Shown: positions 43,119 to 55,331, counted from the whole stretch's first letter. The stretch: DNA of 63,097 nucleotides, filler included, from Octopus bimaculoides (GCF_001194135.2; 8 parts of 7 records of this genome joined end to end with filler, not necessarily neighbours in it); one strand, 5' to 3'. Notes: generated by a model not told the origin, from the sequence alone. Translations and numbers: made by a program.

Positions 43119-43161
43119 TCCAGACTGATGATGAGCAATATCTCAGAAACTAGTCTTAGGA
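43119..43161 (+). ncRNA. Minimal type-I hammerhead ribozyme motif
   Basis: TCCAGA CTGATGA TGAG-CAATAT-CTCA GAAA CTAG TC TTAGGA: intact core, 4-bp helix II, palindromic CTAG helix III, helix I with one wobble and one mismatch. Confidence 0.7.
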
Positions 43162-43619
43162 AGTTGACTTTGCTGGGCAGAAGTGCTTATCCCCACTTTG
43201 AAAACACAAGGACACAGAAAATGTGTCAAGTCCAACAGGAAACAGTGGCGTTCTTCCCCTTCGTGCGATTGCTACATTAAGTTGACAACATACTATCACT
43301 TTATCGTGCTGCTGCTGCATAAATCACTCTGAGAGATTCAGAAATATATTAATTTTTCGTATTTGATACTCGCTGGTGATTTAACTTCTGATTGTAGTGC
43401 ATCAGTGTTTAGGCAACAGTACAGTGTTTGAAGGTAACGTGTACCGATTTTGAAATATGTTAATTAATCTTGTGGTGGGGTCACGNNNNNNNNNNNNNNN
43501 NNNNNNNNNNNNNNNNNNNNNNNNNNNNNTTAATTAATTAANNNNNNNNNNNNNNNNNNNNNNNNNNNNNNNNNNNNNNNNNNNNAGAGAATCAATTTCC
43601 CAGTTCTCTAAAGAGTTTT

Positions 43620-43945
43620 TGAATTTGTGCATCTTCCATGTATGAAACTGTCTTCGCTGTTAACCTTGGAGTCTTTGCCTACACTTTTCCTACAAATCAA
43701 ACAGGGTCACCTACTAAAGTGGGGAGGATCCTGTCAGTTTTCCTGCTTACTAGGATCTTAGTCTTTGCTAAGTTAACATTGAGGCCATTAAATTCCAGGT
43801 CTTGCTTCCACACCTGAAATTTCTCATCCAGCTCTGATATGAAATCTGCTATGAGGGCAAGATCATCAGCATATAGGAGTTCCCAGGGGCTGCTGGTTTT
43901 GAATTCCTCTGTTATGGCTTAGAGGACAATGATGAAAAGGAGGGG
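43620..43945 (-). mobile_element. RTE-clade LINE reverse transcriptase fragment (pseudogenised)
   Basis: LSPLLFIIVL*AITEEFKTSSPWELLYADDLALIADFISELDEKFQVWKQDLEFNGLNVNLAKTKIL, with YADD catalytic motif. Confidence 0.88.
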
Positions 43946-43969
43946 ACTAAGTGTTCAGTTGTTCATCAA

Positions 43970-44142
43970 GGCTCACGCTGCTACATTCTGAGTCCAAATT
44001 CTGCTTAGGTTGATTTAACCTTTCGTCCTTTTGGGGTCGAGAAATTAAGTACCAGTTATGCATTGGGGTCGATATAATTGACTAGTCCCAACTCCACAAA
44101 TTTGAGGCCTTGTGCCTCCAGTAGAAAGGATTATTATTACTA

Positions 44143-44200
<58 letters not shown>

Positions 44201-44715
44201 GAGGGCACATGGCCTAGTGGTGAGGGTGTTACATTCATAACTGCAACGTTATGGTTTCAATTTCTAGACCAGATGGTGTGCTGTGTTCTTGAACAAAACA
44301 CTTTATCTCACATTGTTCTGCAATCACTTTGATACCCGAGGTACACTGTGCACCTTTTCAGGCACTGTTGATTTGAAGGAAGGAGTGAGCCAATGCATAT
44401 TTGATCACTGTAAACAAATTAGTTGTGCAGGTTGTTCAGCAAACAGCCGAGTACTCCTATGTCATCTTTGATGGCTAAGTTCATCATCCTAATTATTATT
44501 AAAGTCGTGAGCTGTCAGAATCGTTAGGATGCTGGACGAAATGTTTAACGACATTTTGCCCGTTGCTCCATTCTGAGTTCAAATTCTGCCAAGGTTGACT
44601 TTGCCTTTCATCCTTTCAGAGTTGATAAAATAAGTACCAGTTGAACACTGGGGTCAATACAATCGACTCATTCCCCTCCCCCAAAATTGCTGTCCTTGTG
44701 GTAAAATTTGAAACC
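43970..44715 (+). mobile_element. SINE cluster B - (TTA)n - C - B
   Basis: Family motifs as above. Confidence 0.75.
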
Positions 44716-45245
44716 ATTATTATTATTAAAAGCCCGAGGTGCAGCACACTGTACATATGAATGTGCATACAGACATGCATCATTCTTGTACATGTTCAGC
44801 CCACTGCTGGACGAGGGCCTCAGCATGGTTACCGAAGAATTTTAAAAAGTCTTCATTCCAAATTCTGTAAGGTTTTCTCCTCCTACTTTTTTCTGAACAT
44901 GGTGTCCACTTCTAAATTCGCTATTCCACCTATCATCTTTTCTTTTAGACAGACAAAAGATAGATAGACAGATAGATAAATAGAATGATAGACATACAGC
45001 TAGACAGACAGAATGATAGATAGACATACAGCTAGACAGACAGAATGATAGATAGACATACAGCTAGACAGACAGACAGATAGATAGATAGATAGATAGA
45101 CTGATAGATAGACAAAGAAATAGATGTAGACGCAGATAAAGCGAGGAACAGCTAAATAAAGGGACACACGGTCAGTGGGGTTGACAAGCACTACAGCACC
45201 TGAAATGAAAGACAGAGAGAGAGAGATGAATATATTATTGGGAAA

Positions 45246-45276
<31 letters not shown>

Positions 45277-45606
45277 TGTGTGTGTGTTTGTGTGTGTGCG
45301 AATGGCTGTATGTCTATATGCATGCAATTTAAACCTATGAGAATGTAGTTCACTTTGTGCAGGTTTAGATGTGTNNNNNNNNNNNNNNNNNNNNNNNNNN
45401 NNNNNNNNNNNNNNNNNNNNNNNNNNNNNNNNNNNNNNNNNNNNNNNNNNTATATATAGTTATATGTATTTATTTTATCCTAATTAATAATAATTCGGAT
45501 AGAATAAATGGGTTAATAGAAACCAGGGTAGCAAAGATCACAAAATAACTGTGGTGTAATTCCTGTTTTTGAGGCAGAAACTCCTTGATATTTTGGGTAT
45601 TTGAGT

Positions 45607-45860
45607 ATATATAAATTTAAAGAATGGAGTGAACGCATGTTATAACTGCATACTTCATTCCGACATATGTTTCGAAAAATTACAATTTATGCGATCCATA
45701 GGAATCGTCGATGTTAAAAATGTAAACTTCTCCTCAGGGAAATGTATGGGGATCATCTTAAACGTTTAAGATGATCCCCGCATAAATTGTAATTCTTCGA
45801 AACATATGTCGGAATAAAGTATGCAGTTATAACATGCGTTCACTCCATTCCTTAAATTTA
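45607..45860. mobile_element. PLE-type inverted pseudo-LTR fold-back with central 32-bp perfect palindrome
   Basis: ~83-bp arms (45610-45692 vs 45779-45861, few mismatches); palindrome GGGGATCATCTTAAAC|GTTTAAGATGATCCCC at 45748-45779; right end runs into (TA)n. Confidence 0.8.
45656..45744 (-). ncRNA. Type-I hammerhead ribozyme motif with long helix II, in a PLE-type inverted repeat
   Basis: Minus strand CATTTCC CTGAGGA GAAG-T-TTACA...TGTAA-TT-TTTC GAAA CATATG TC GGAATG: intact core, CATATG palindromic helix III, helix I CATT(T)CC/GGAATG. Confidence 0.75.
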
Positions 45861-45883
45861 TATATATATATATATATATATAC

Positions 45884-45948
<65 letters not shown>

Positions 45949-46048
45949 TAGATAAAAGATAATTAAGATTCAGTCGAATTAGGTACTTAAGTTCAAGCGC
46001 CGAGTCAGTCCACTGTTATCCGCACTGCTTGAAGTAAGGTGAATAAAA

Positions 46049-46724
46049 TCAAAATAAGCAACAGGATATCAAGTAGTGATGCAGTACGACCGTTTCAAGC
46101 GGCTCCATTTAATTAAACAATGCAATCATTACATCATTTTAAATACAGAGCTATCCTCAGCTGCACAAAAAAAACATATATATATATGGAATTTAAGCAG
46201 GTAGGAAACATTAATATAATTTTTCTTAAATATCTTAACAGCTAGCACCTGCCCGCCAACCAGAGCACTCGGCCGATGGTGCTGCATGCTTTGCGGCTCC
46301 ACGATCCTCATATCGTCGCTATTGTAGCAAGAGTGACTAACATAGCATGGAACATAGTGGATCATAGGGTTGTAATTCATTTCCAAGTCTCAGATTTTAG
46401 TAAATGATAAAGAGATACATAAATTGGAAATGAATTACAACACTATGATCCACTATACTCCATGCTATTCTAAGAAATTGTAGTCTTTTTTTCTTAGCCA
46501 CTCTTGCTACCACATGAATTTCGCCCATCTAGTTGCTCTGTTAAAACACTTTAGAACAATCATATTAATGTTTCCTGCCTGGTGAAATTCCATACATATA
46601 TTTTATGTGCACCTGAAGATAGCACTGTATTAAAATTCATGTAAACATTGCATTGTTCAATTAAATGGAGCTGCTAGAAATGGTTGCACTGCATCACCTC
46701 TCGATATCCTGTTGATTATTTTGA
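46049..46724. mobile_element. Older fold-back element with ~300-340-bp diverged inverted arms, each carrying a decayed hammerhead core
   Basis: 46049-46386 is the reverse complement (with indels) of 46424-46724. CTGAGGA...GAAACGGTC on minus at 46084-46166; CTGAAGA TAGC...GCTA GAAATGGTT on plus at 46607-46689. Confidence 0.75.
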
Positions 46725-46979
46725 TTATATATAGTAGACATATAAATATGTATATATAAATATGTATATATATANNNNNNNNNNNNNNNNNNNNNNNNNN
46801 NNNNNNNNNNNNNNNNNNTTAATTAATTAANNNNNNNNNNNNNNNNNNNNNNNNNNNNNNNNNNNNNNNNNNNNGGCCAAGTTTATGGTATTTTTCATCA
46901 TACATACATGTACATATATATGCATATACTCATATATTGTTTATATATATATATATATACATACATACATACATACATA

Positions 46980-47137
46980 TATACGACGGGCTTCTTTCAG
47001 TTTCCGTCTACCAAATCTACTCACAAGGCTTTGGTCGGCCCGAGGCTGTAGTAGAAGACACTTGCCCAAGGTGCCACGCAATGGGACTGAACTCGGAACC
47101 ATGTAGTTGGTAAGCAAGCTTCTTACCACACAGCCAC
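46980..47137 (-). mobile_element. SINE family A head
   Basis: ATACGACGGGCTTCTTTCAGTTTCCGTCTACC...CTTACCACACAGCCAC. Confidence 0.85.
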
Positions 47138-47643
47138 TGATAAAAGAAAATGAAAAAAAAGCAAGAAAATAAACTTAAGAAGAAAAATTTAATGAATAAA
47201 TGTTGGGTTTACTTTCCTTTGCTTAGATTCAAATTGTCGTTTATTGGTTTGTTGCTGTTTTGCTTCAATAATCTTATCTTGACTTATACATGTAAGAATA
47301 AACGTATGTGCATACATTCATACATACACACACACATAAATAAATATATATACATACATACACATACACATAAATAAATGTATATACATACATACACTCA
47401 TACGCACATACATATATTCATAAATATGCTTACTTACATACATCAATACATGGAATATTGCTGGAACATTCCAATCAAAAGTTTTACCAGGCGCAAACAC
47501 AACAGGTCAGATATTGCCGTTTGGAACAGACAAGAGAAAGTATGTTCCTGTATGTCAGCCTAATTCTTCGAAAATCAAAGAGGAAGAGGATAACTTTGGG
47601 CAACTACTTCGAAACATCGAGATTCTCCATTGACGGTTTCTAA

Positions 47644-47760
47644 GCTGAACACATGCGCACAAATGCATATAAAAAGCTGAACGCATGTACACAAATGCAT
47701 ATAAAAAGCTGACCACATGCACACAAATGCATGTATGAACGCATGCATACAAATGCATAC
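47644..47760. repeat. 32-bp minisatellite, ~3.5 degenerate units
   Basis: AAGCTGAACACATGCGCACAAATGCATATAAA repeated. Confidence 0.7.
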
Positions 47761-48244
47761 ACATAAACTGTAATAAAACACAAAACCTATATCGTTGCTA
47801 ATATGTTAAACTGTCGTATGTTCAAATTGGGCCAAATGCGTTTATTTTTTTTTTATATTTAGTTTTGCTTGCAATAGCCGGTTCTTTTGGTCAAGCTGTA
47901 GTATCTCTAGCTGCTTCAGATGCCAAGATATCAAAGACTAAGCGTAGTACAACGGTTATGTTATGGAATGGTGAAACTTTTTGTTTTCTGAAAAAGCAAC
48001 GTTTTGGACTTACGACACTTTTGCATAATAGCAACGATATATACATACACACATATGCAACACTAACCAATTCAAATAACTGCATACCCACCAAGAGCTG
48101 TGTAGAATTGCATTCCGCCCGGCGTACTAACGATTCTGCCTGCTCACCGCCTTAACCAAGGGGTTAATAACAATGGGTGCATATGTAATAAATTTGGTGG
48201 AGAATTTGTAAGTTCGAATGTAACTGGCTTTTAAAAAACCAGGG

Positions 48245-48419
48245 ACAGGCATGGCTGTGTGGTAAAAAGCTTGATTCCTAATCACATGGCTTCAGGTTCA
48301 GTTCCGCTGCATGGCACCTTAGGTAACTATCTACTACAAGGGCTCGAGATGACTAAGGCCTTGTAAGTGAATTTGATACATGGAAACTGGGAGAAACCTA
48401 TCGTATATACACATGCGCA

Positions 48420-48450
<31 letters not shown>

Positions 48451-48610
48451 TAAAACCGGTATTGGTTTGTTTACGTCCTGCCAACTTAAAAGATCGGCAA
48501 ATAAGACCAATAGAATAAGAACCAGGTTTGAAAAATAAGTACGAGGGTTAATTTGTTCGATTGAACCGTTCAAGGTAGTGCCCCAACATGGGTGCAGTTC
48601 AATGAATGAA
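48245..48610 (+). mobile_element. SINE family A, near full length, diverged
   Basis: GGCATGGCTGTGTGGTAAAAAGCTTG...GTTTACGTCC...AATGAATGAAAC. Confidence 0.75.
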
Positions 48611-49132
48611 ACAAATAAGAAAGAAATATTGACATTCTTGCTAATTTTAAATGAAATGTTTACATCCAATATTAGGTACCAGCTTCAACGGCACTTCGTT
48701 AATTATTTTTTGCTTTCATTCCAAAATAATCTTCAAGAATTATATCGGACCTGTTGTGTTCGTGCTTGCCGGAAGTTTTGATCGGAATGTTCCACCAATA
48801 TTCCGTATGCAAATATATATACATACATACATATATATGAGTGCGCGTGTGTGTATGCACGCGCGCGTGAGCGTGCGTATGTGCCAAATATAAATCATTT
48901 TCTGCGTGGGCACAAGAATATATGTTAGTGTTCATATGAAACTATTGCCAATATATATGTGTGTATGCGCATGCGTATGATTGTTTCATGCGTGTGCATA
49001 CACGTACGTAGTGTGTGCGTATGAGCGTGCGTNNNNNNNNNNNNNNNNNNNNNNNNNNNNNNNNNNNNNNNNNNNNNNNNNNNNNNNNNNNNNNNNNNNN
49101 NNNNNNNNNNNNNNNNNNNNNNNNNNNNNNNN

Positions 49133-49345
49133 TTCTTTCAGTTTCCGTCTACCAAATCGCTATAGTAGAAGACACTTTCCCATATAAATACATACATCTA
49201 TATCTGATGGGCTTCTTTCAGTTTCTATCTACCAAATCTAATCACAAGGCTTTGATCAGCCCGAGGTTATAGTAGAAGACACTTGCCTAAGATGCCATGC
49301 AATGGGACTGAACCCTGAACCATGTGGCTGGGAAACAAGCTTCTT
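49133..49345 (-). mobile_element. SINE family A head with partial duplication
   Basis: TTCTTTCAGTTTCCGTCTACCAAAT occurs twice; CTTCTTACCACACGGCC end. Confidence 0.75.
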
Positions 49346-49576
49346 ACCACACGGCCTCGCCTTTCGTATATAATTTCTAGATAAAGTAGCAAAATAAAGT
49401 ATTATTACTGCTATTATTATGATTGTTGTTGTTGTTTGTGGTGGTGGTTTTGGTGGTGGTGGTGGTGGTGGTGGTGNNNNNNNNNNNNNNNNNNNNNNNN
49501 NNNNNNNNNNNNNNNNNNNNTTAATTAATTAANNNNNNNNNNNNNNNNNNNNNNNNNNNNNNNNNNNNNNNNNNNN

Positions 49577-49630
<54 letters not shown>

Positions 49631-50709
49631 TCACACACACACATATGTACTCACAAAGAAACACAGAGATACACTTACACACTCTAATGTGCGCGCGCAC
49701 ATACACTCGCACACACATATACACACTCACCCACATACACAAACAGATTTTAGACAATGTATGGAGATGTCTCCCGAAGAAACAAACTCAGGCATTATAC
49801 ATTTAGTAATAAGAATGCTTTCTAAGGTTTTCTGTCCAAAAGAGTTTAAAGACATTGATAGGCCGTGAAGCAGCATAGACAGTAACGTCTGCATTAGCCC
49901 AGGTGGATTGCTGCTCCGACCATGCTGTAGTCGTTACTTCGGAAATATCGGCACAGATAATTTTTTTACTCTCTTCCAAGAGCTGACCAGAGAGCTAAAG
50001 GCATACTTTCACTGACCACAACTATTAATGTCACCTCATTCGCTTGTGGCAATGAAGTGGTACTGGAAAATGGGCGAAGATGGCAGGCTATTAGAGACAG
50101 CGAGAAAGGTAATATAAGGAAAAAGAGACCTCTCCGATAAAAGAAATGAAATAAAATAAAAAAAAACAGGTATGATTATATGGTTAAGAAACTCGCTTTG
50201 CAACCACATACGTTCAATCCTATTGCGCGGAACCTTGGGTGTGTGTTTTCTACTATAACATCGGGCCTACTAATTGCCTTGTGAGTGAATTTAGTAGACG
50301 GAAAATGTGTAGAAAACTGTCGTCACATACTTATTTAAACACTTTTAGGTTGCAGTGTTATTTAAACACTTTTAGGCTGCAGTGTTTCGTACAGTGAAAG
50401 TCCTTTTAAAGAAGTTGAGTGTGAAAAAACCAAAATGCCTGAAAACTTGGCGAAACGAATCACCCCGGAGGTGAACAAGAATGACAAATACACGAGTATA
50501 CGGCACTGGTTAGTTGAAATAACAGCGAAATATCTATATCTATCTTCGTTAGATCTGATGCGATTCGTTGCGCCTGGTTTTGAGATATGCAGTGTTTTTT
50601 TTTTTTAGCATATAACGTCTTCAAAGGAATTTTAAACGCACAAAGCGTTTAAACAGCACATATATATTAAGTATGTGACATCGATATTTACATTGTTAGA
50701 GCTGCTTCT

Positions 50710-50840
50710 GGAGGGATGGAAAAGGAGGGGAAAGGGGGGTTGGTGTGGGGAAGGAGAGAGGGCGGTGATGCGATCGATTCGACGAGCGCGGGCAAGGGCG
50801 GTTTGGACAAGGGTTGAGGGGTATCCTCGCAAATTCTTGA
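50710..50840 (-). mobile_element. Penelope-like element RT C-terminal (thumb/linker) fragment
   Basis: FKNLRGYPSTLVQTALARARRIDRITALSPSPHQPPFPLLFHP resembles the PLE RGYP...A..RA...R..AL...PF.LxYHP region. Confidence 0.7.
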
Positions 50841-51302
50841 ACAGTCATGCTTCATCTCATGTTTGTCTTTCAGAAAAAAAAGTACATCCAAAACCACTTT
50901 ATCCAACCCGTCTTTCCATTTTATAAGACAGTAGAAATTTGTTTGAGAGCGATATTGCTGCTATTTCTGGTGAGTCGTGCGACTGTGTTACAGGCTCTCT
51001 CAACAGATTTTGTGAAGCCTAGTGGCTTGTAAAGAAATAGAAAGTAATTGCACGTTTGAAAGCCAGAAAGTACGAAATTAGTCCGATGTGTCAGTTGTAT
51101 CCAGCTAGTTTCGTTTTCCGCCACATTTCGTATTTTATAATTTCCATAACTGTACAAATATATCTCGGCTCACTATGCCTCTCTCACACACCGCATCTCC
51201 GGCTGTCTGTCTGAATCTTTCTCTCTGTTTGTCTGTCTATCTGCCTGTCTGTCTCTGTCTGTCTCTGTCTGTCTGTCTTCTGTCTGTCTATATGTTTATC
51301 TG

Positions 51303-51363
<61 letters not shown>

Positions 51364-51869
51364 CTGTTTCTCTGATCGATTTTCATATACCATTAACGCA
51401 TCAATTAAATCGTAAGTTTAGCTTTTATAGTCCTTCAATGTGATAGCTATCGGTGAGGTCAATATATTTCCTATTAGCGTATTACAGCTTATTTCATTAC
51501 GCTTTCCCATCTAGTTTGTTTGCACTATTCTCAGAGTTGTACTGAAATTTGTTTTTGCGGTGTCCATTCTACTATGGCAGATAACGTACAAGTGGAAGTT
51601 TGCGCTACTGAGTTTATACTGAGTATTACGTAACCAACTATTAAAAAAACCTCTCCACAGATCAAGTATTAATTATAAGAGTTTTAGATTACAATGTTTC
51701 TTTTGATAATGAAATGAGAAGATTTAACACTTCTTCGGATATTAAGGTTTTAATCTCATATCAGCAGTATAAATTAAAAGAGAAAAGACATCTCTGGATG
51801 CACACAAAATACTTCAGTAGTAAAATAAATCATGAGTATTATACACTTACGTATCTAAGAATGCCAATT

Positions 51870-52490
51870 AAATATCACCTATGCTAGGAATGTGGCAAGC
51901 CACATTGTTTCCTGTTTGTCAGAGCGGCTAGAAATAACAACTAATTATCCATCAAATTGCACACAACTGTCTCACAAACAGAACGACATTTTGGATGCAG
52001 TAGTCCTAGATACAATGGGATAAAGAATTTCTCGAGCCCTATGGACTCATAACGGCTGATTCCCGGTTTCTTTGGCGTATATATATTTAACCCCTGGATG
52101 AGTCCTCGGTCCGTCGCAGGATTACTCATTTATGCCAGCTGAGTAGACTGGAGTAAAGTTAAATAAAATGTTTTTGCACAAGAACACGACGCGTCGCCCG
52201 GTCCAGGAATCGAAACCACAATCTTACGATCATGAGTCTAACGCCCTAACCACTAAACCACGCGTCTCCACCCTAGATACATTATGCTTTCAAAAACTCC
52301 TTTCTACTATAGGTATAAGGGCTAAAACTTTTGGGGGAAGGAGCTAGTCGATTACATCGACCCCAGTGCTCGACAGACCCCGGGAAGATAAAAAGCAAAG
52401 TCAATCTTGGCGGAAACTGAATTCAGAATGTAGAGACAAGAAATACCACAAAGCATTTTGCCCGGCGCGCTAACGGTTCTGCCAGTTCGC
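51870..52490 (-). mobile_element. SINE family C (51870-52271) followed by family B (52305-52490)
   Basis: Minus head GTGGAGACGCGTGGTTTAGTGGTTAGGG...GGTTTCGATTCCTGGACC with tRNA-like A/B boxes. Confidence 0.82.
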
Positions 52491-52901
52491 AGAATAATAA
52501 TAAAATGTGTAGTAATAATAAAAAATATAAGGATCATACTTAGAGAGAATTTGATTATAGATTTGCTCGATCGATCAGGGCTGATTGATACGCTCAGCAA
52601 CAACTCACAAATTTTCTAATCTGAAATAACTATGTAAGCTGCTTTAGCAATTGCTTTCTTCCAGACGAAACGTACTTTCATAATCAGTACCCATGACGCA
52701 GATATGTTAAAAACCCTCGAGTGATTGTGCAAATTTCAGATTTATGAGGTTTATATATGTCCTCTGGTGATGAAAACATATTATAGAACAGAACCTATGC
52801 TGAAAACTGAGATGGCAACCAAATATTTGCCCAACCTCACCCTGTCTTAGAAAATAGTGTAAAAATACGGCGACACATTGATAATACATTCATCCATAGT
52901 G

Positions 52902-52940
<39 letters not shown>

Positions 52941-53599
52941 GCACACACACACACACAAACACACACACAGACACACACACACACACAGACACACACAAAC
53001 ACACACAGACACACAGAGACACAGACACACACACACACACACACACACACACAACAAATGAGAGAAACAGAAAAGAGAATTCACGAGATTCTTTATAAAT
53101 CACAACGATTGTTCGACCCAACTTGCATCGATCTGTCGCGGGTGAGATACTATACAATTGAGACAGATCCAGTAGCATTTATATCAATGTTGTGGATGAC
53201 ATCAGATAACCATAGACAGTGAAATTGCTTTAATCGGCATACTACCAGGTGTATACCCAAGGTTTAAATAACAATATATATATACATATACATACATATA
53301 CATACATACACACATNNNNNNNNNNNNNNNNNNNNNNNNNNNNNNNNNNNNNNNNNNNNTTAATTAATTAANNNNNNNNNNNNNNNNNNNNNNNNNNNNN
53401 NNNNNNNNNNNNNNNATATATATATATATATATATATATAATAAAGATATCACGAAGAAAAGCGTTCAGGATTTTCAGAAATTTGCAAGTATATAAATCT
53501 AAATTGAGATAATGAAAACTAGCTTAAATTCATGTATAGTAAGGAAACATTCATCAAGTAATTTGCCCTCTAGTGATCCTTTTGTCCATTGCCCATCAA

Positions 53600-54110
53600 A
53601 TTCAAGGTCCAATCACTGGTATGCACTTTGTAAGAGCAAACAATGCTCTTTCATTATGTAAAGGAGGTAGTTTTTTCTACAAAGGAAAGAGCAGATATTT
53701 GGGTTATTAGTGAAGGTAAAACCTTAAACTGTAATACCCACCAGTATGTTCTTAAGAATTTTACTACACGTGATCATTCATTATATTCCAATATTTATAT
53801 TCCATACATTACATTCCAACAAGATGGTGCATCCTGCAGTTCAACAAAATGGACGAAAGACTGACATATTGATGTATAGCTAATGATATTGCTATACTGG
53901 GTAAATGGGCAGCATTATCTTCTAACTTGAGTTTTATAGAAAGTACATCGGATTTATATAATTAAAGAAAATTGCATGTTATAAAGCTGCGTCAATACTG
54001 GGTTTAAAAGAGAAGATATTACAGGTCTGAACACAGATAATCCGAGATTACTGCAAAAATTTGATTGAAAGCATGACAAGGAAAAGGGCTACGAAATTAG
54101 GTGTTGAGCG
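53600..54110 (+). mobile_element. Highly decayed Tc1-family (DD34E) transposase C-terminal fragment
   Basis: FQQDGASCSSTKWTKD, decayed W(P)xxSxxL...IE, and LKEKILQV...DYCKNLIESMTR; many stops. Confidence 0.65.
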
Positions 54111-55169
54111 ATATAACGTTTTGCAAATTATTCTTGGGTTATCTGCATATTTTATTACGAAATATTTTGCTTGTTTTTCACCAACATCATCAATTACAGT
54201 ATAATACTTTAGTTTTATTGTGAATTGAGATTTTGACCAGGGCTATGTATGTATGTATGTATGTATGTATTTGGATGTTCTGGTGGTAAGGCTCCAGTTC
54301 TGGGGTAGTGGAGAGCATAGAGTCACTTTTAATTACCATTGCTTCCAGATCCGTTCTGATCCGGAATAGCAGTACCTGCCAGGATCCCATCTATAAGTTA
54401 AATAGATTTCCCATGGATAGAGGAGGTTCCACTTCATTTTTGACAAAGCCGTGGGGAAGGTAGCTCTTCTAGGAAAACGATACTTTGATATAAAACTTGA
54501 AGTCAAGATTAGTACCATTCATCTTACAATGTTTGTCACTGAACCTACTATGGCCATTACGAGTGTGGCAAGAGCGTTTTATAAGCTTTTGTCACTTAAC
54601 TCCAATGGCGTACGGACGTCTCACTCTCATTTCGTTTCTCGATCCATTTTGCACTTTATGAAGTCCAATGCCGATGGATATCCGTGCATATGCATGGATG
54701 AAAGTAAATCAGAACTATTAGGCTTAATATTAATCCGGAAAGATGAGGTAATCATCATGTATTTGGGTACATACCCACACACGATGATTGCGCGACAAGT
54801 TACCATAGAAATGAGACAGAGACGTGCCGCCTAGGTAGGCAAGGTAGGCAGTGATCGATAGCAATATATTCCTTGTATGTCAAAATATGCACCTAATTCA
54901 ATAAAATTATGAAGTTTACTCTGATTACTATGCATAAAATGCAATATATATATATATATATTTTGTAGATTAGGTAGGCATAATTCGCCCTTGCTTTTCA
55001 CTCTCTGTATTTAAGCTACGCATATTACTGCTGTAGTACACGTGCTGCGTACACTCCTACAACACTGTTTTCTTTACGTACTATAACGGCAGAAGTAAAT
55101 CTGCCTTCAACTCAGTCGCGCGTCTGTGTTTCGCTTAGCATACAATACCCATCTCTTATCTTACGTGAT

Positions 55170-55212
55170 ACACAGATCGGGGTTTCTGGGTAGTAACCCG
55201 TCATCAATGTGT
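55170..55212 (-). ncRNA. Minimal hammerhead-like motif (C3U variant, partly decayed)
   Basis: Minus strand ACACA TTGATGA CGGG-TTACTA-CCCA GAAA CCCCGA TC TGTGT: perfect 5-bp helix I; single mismatches at the bases of helices II and III. Confidence 0.5.
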
Positions 55213-55300
55213 GATAATCACTAGCTAGCGATAAGAACTCATTCCAAATGCAAAAAATACCATATGCTTCTTCCAGTGATAAACTGTCGCTGATTTTGAA

Positions 55301-55331
<31 letters not shown>

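Larger units (their letters stand above)
40057..43485. repeat. Direct repeats of 279 bp at both ends of this scaffold piece (40057-40335 and 43207-43485), spacing 3150 bp including a 100-N gap
   Basis: Gap-free alignment with 12 substitutions counted by eye (~96% identity). Confidence 0.9.

Noticed and set aside
54451-54834. 127-aa non-repetitive ORF
   Set aside because: GTG start and no recognisable domain; only faint resemblance to a hAT dimerisation motif.
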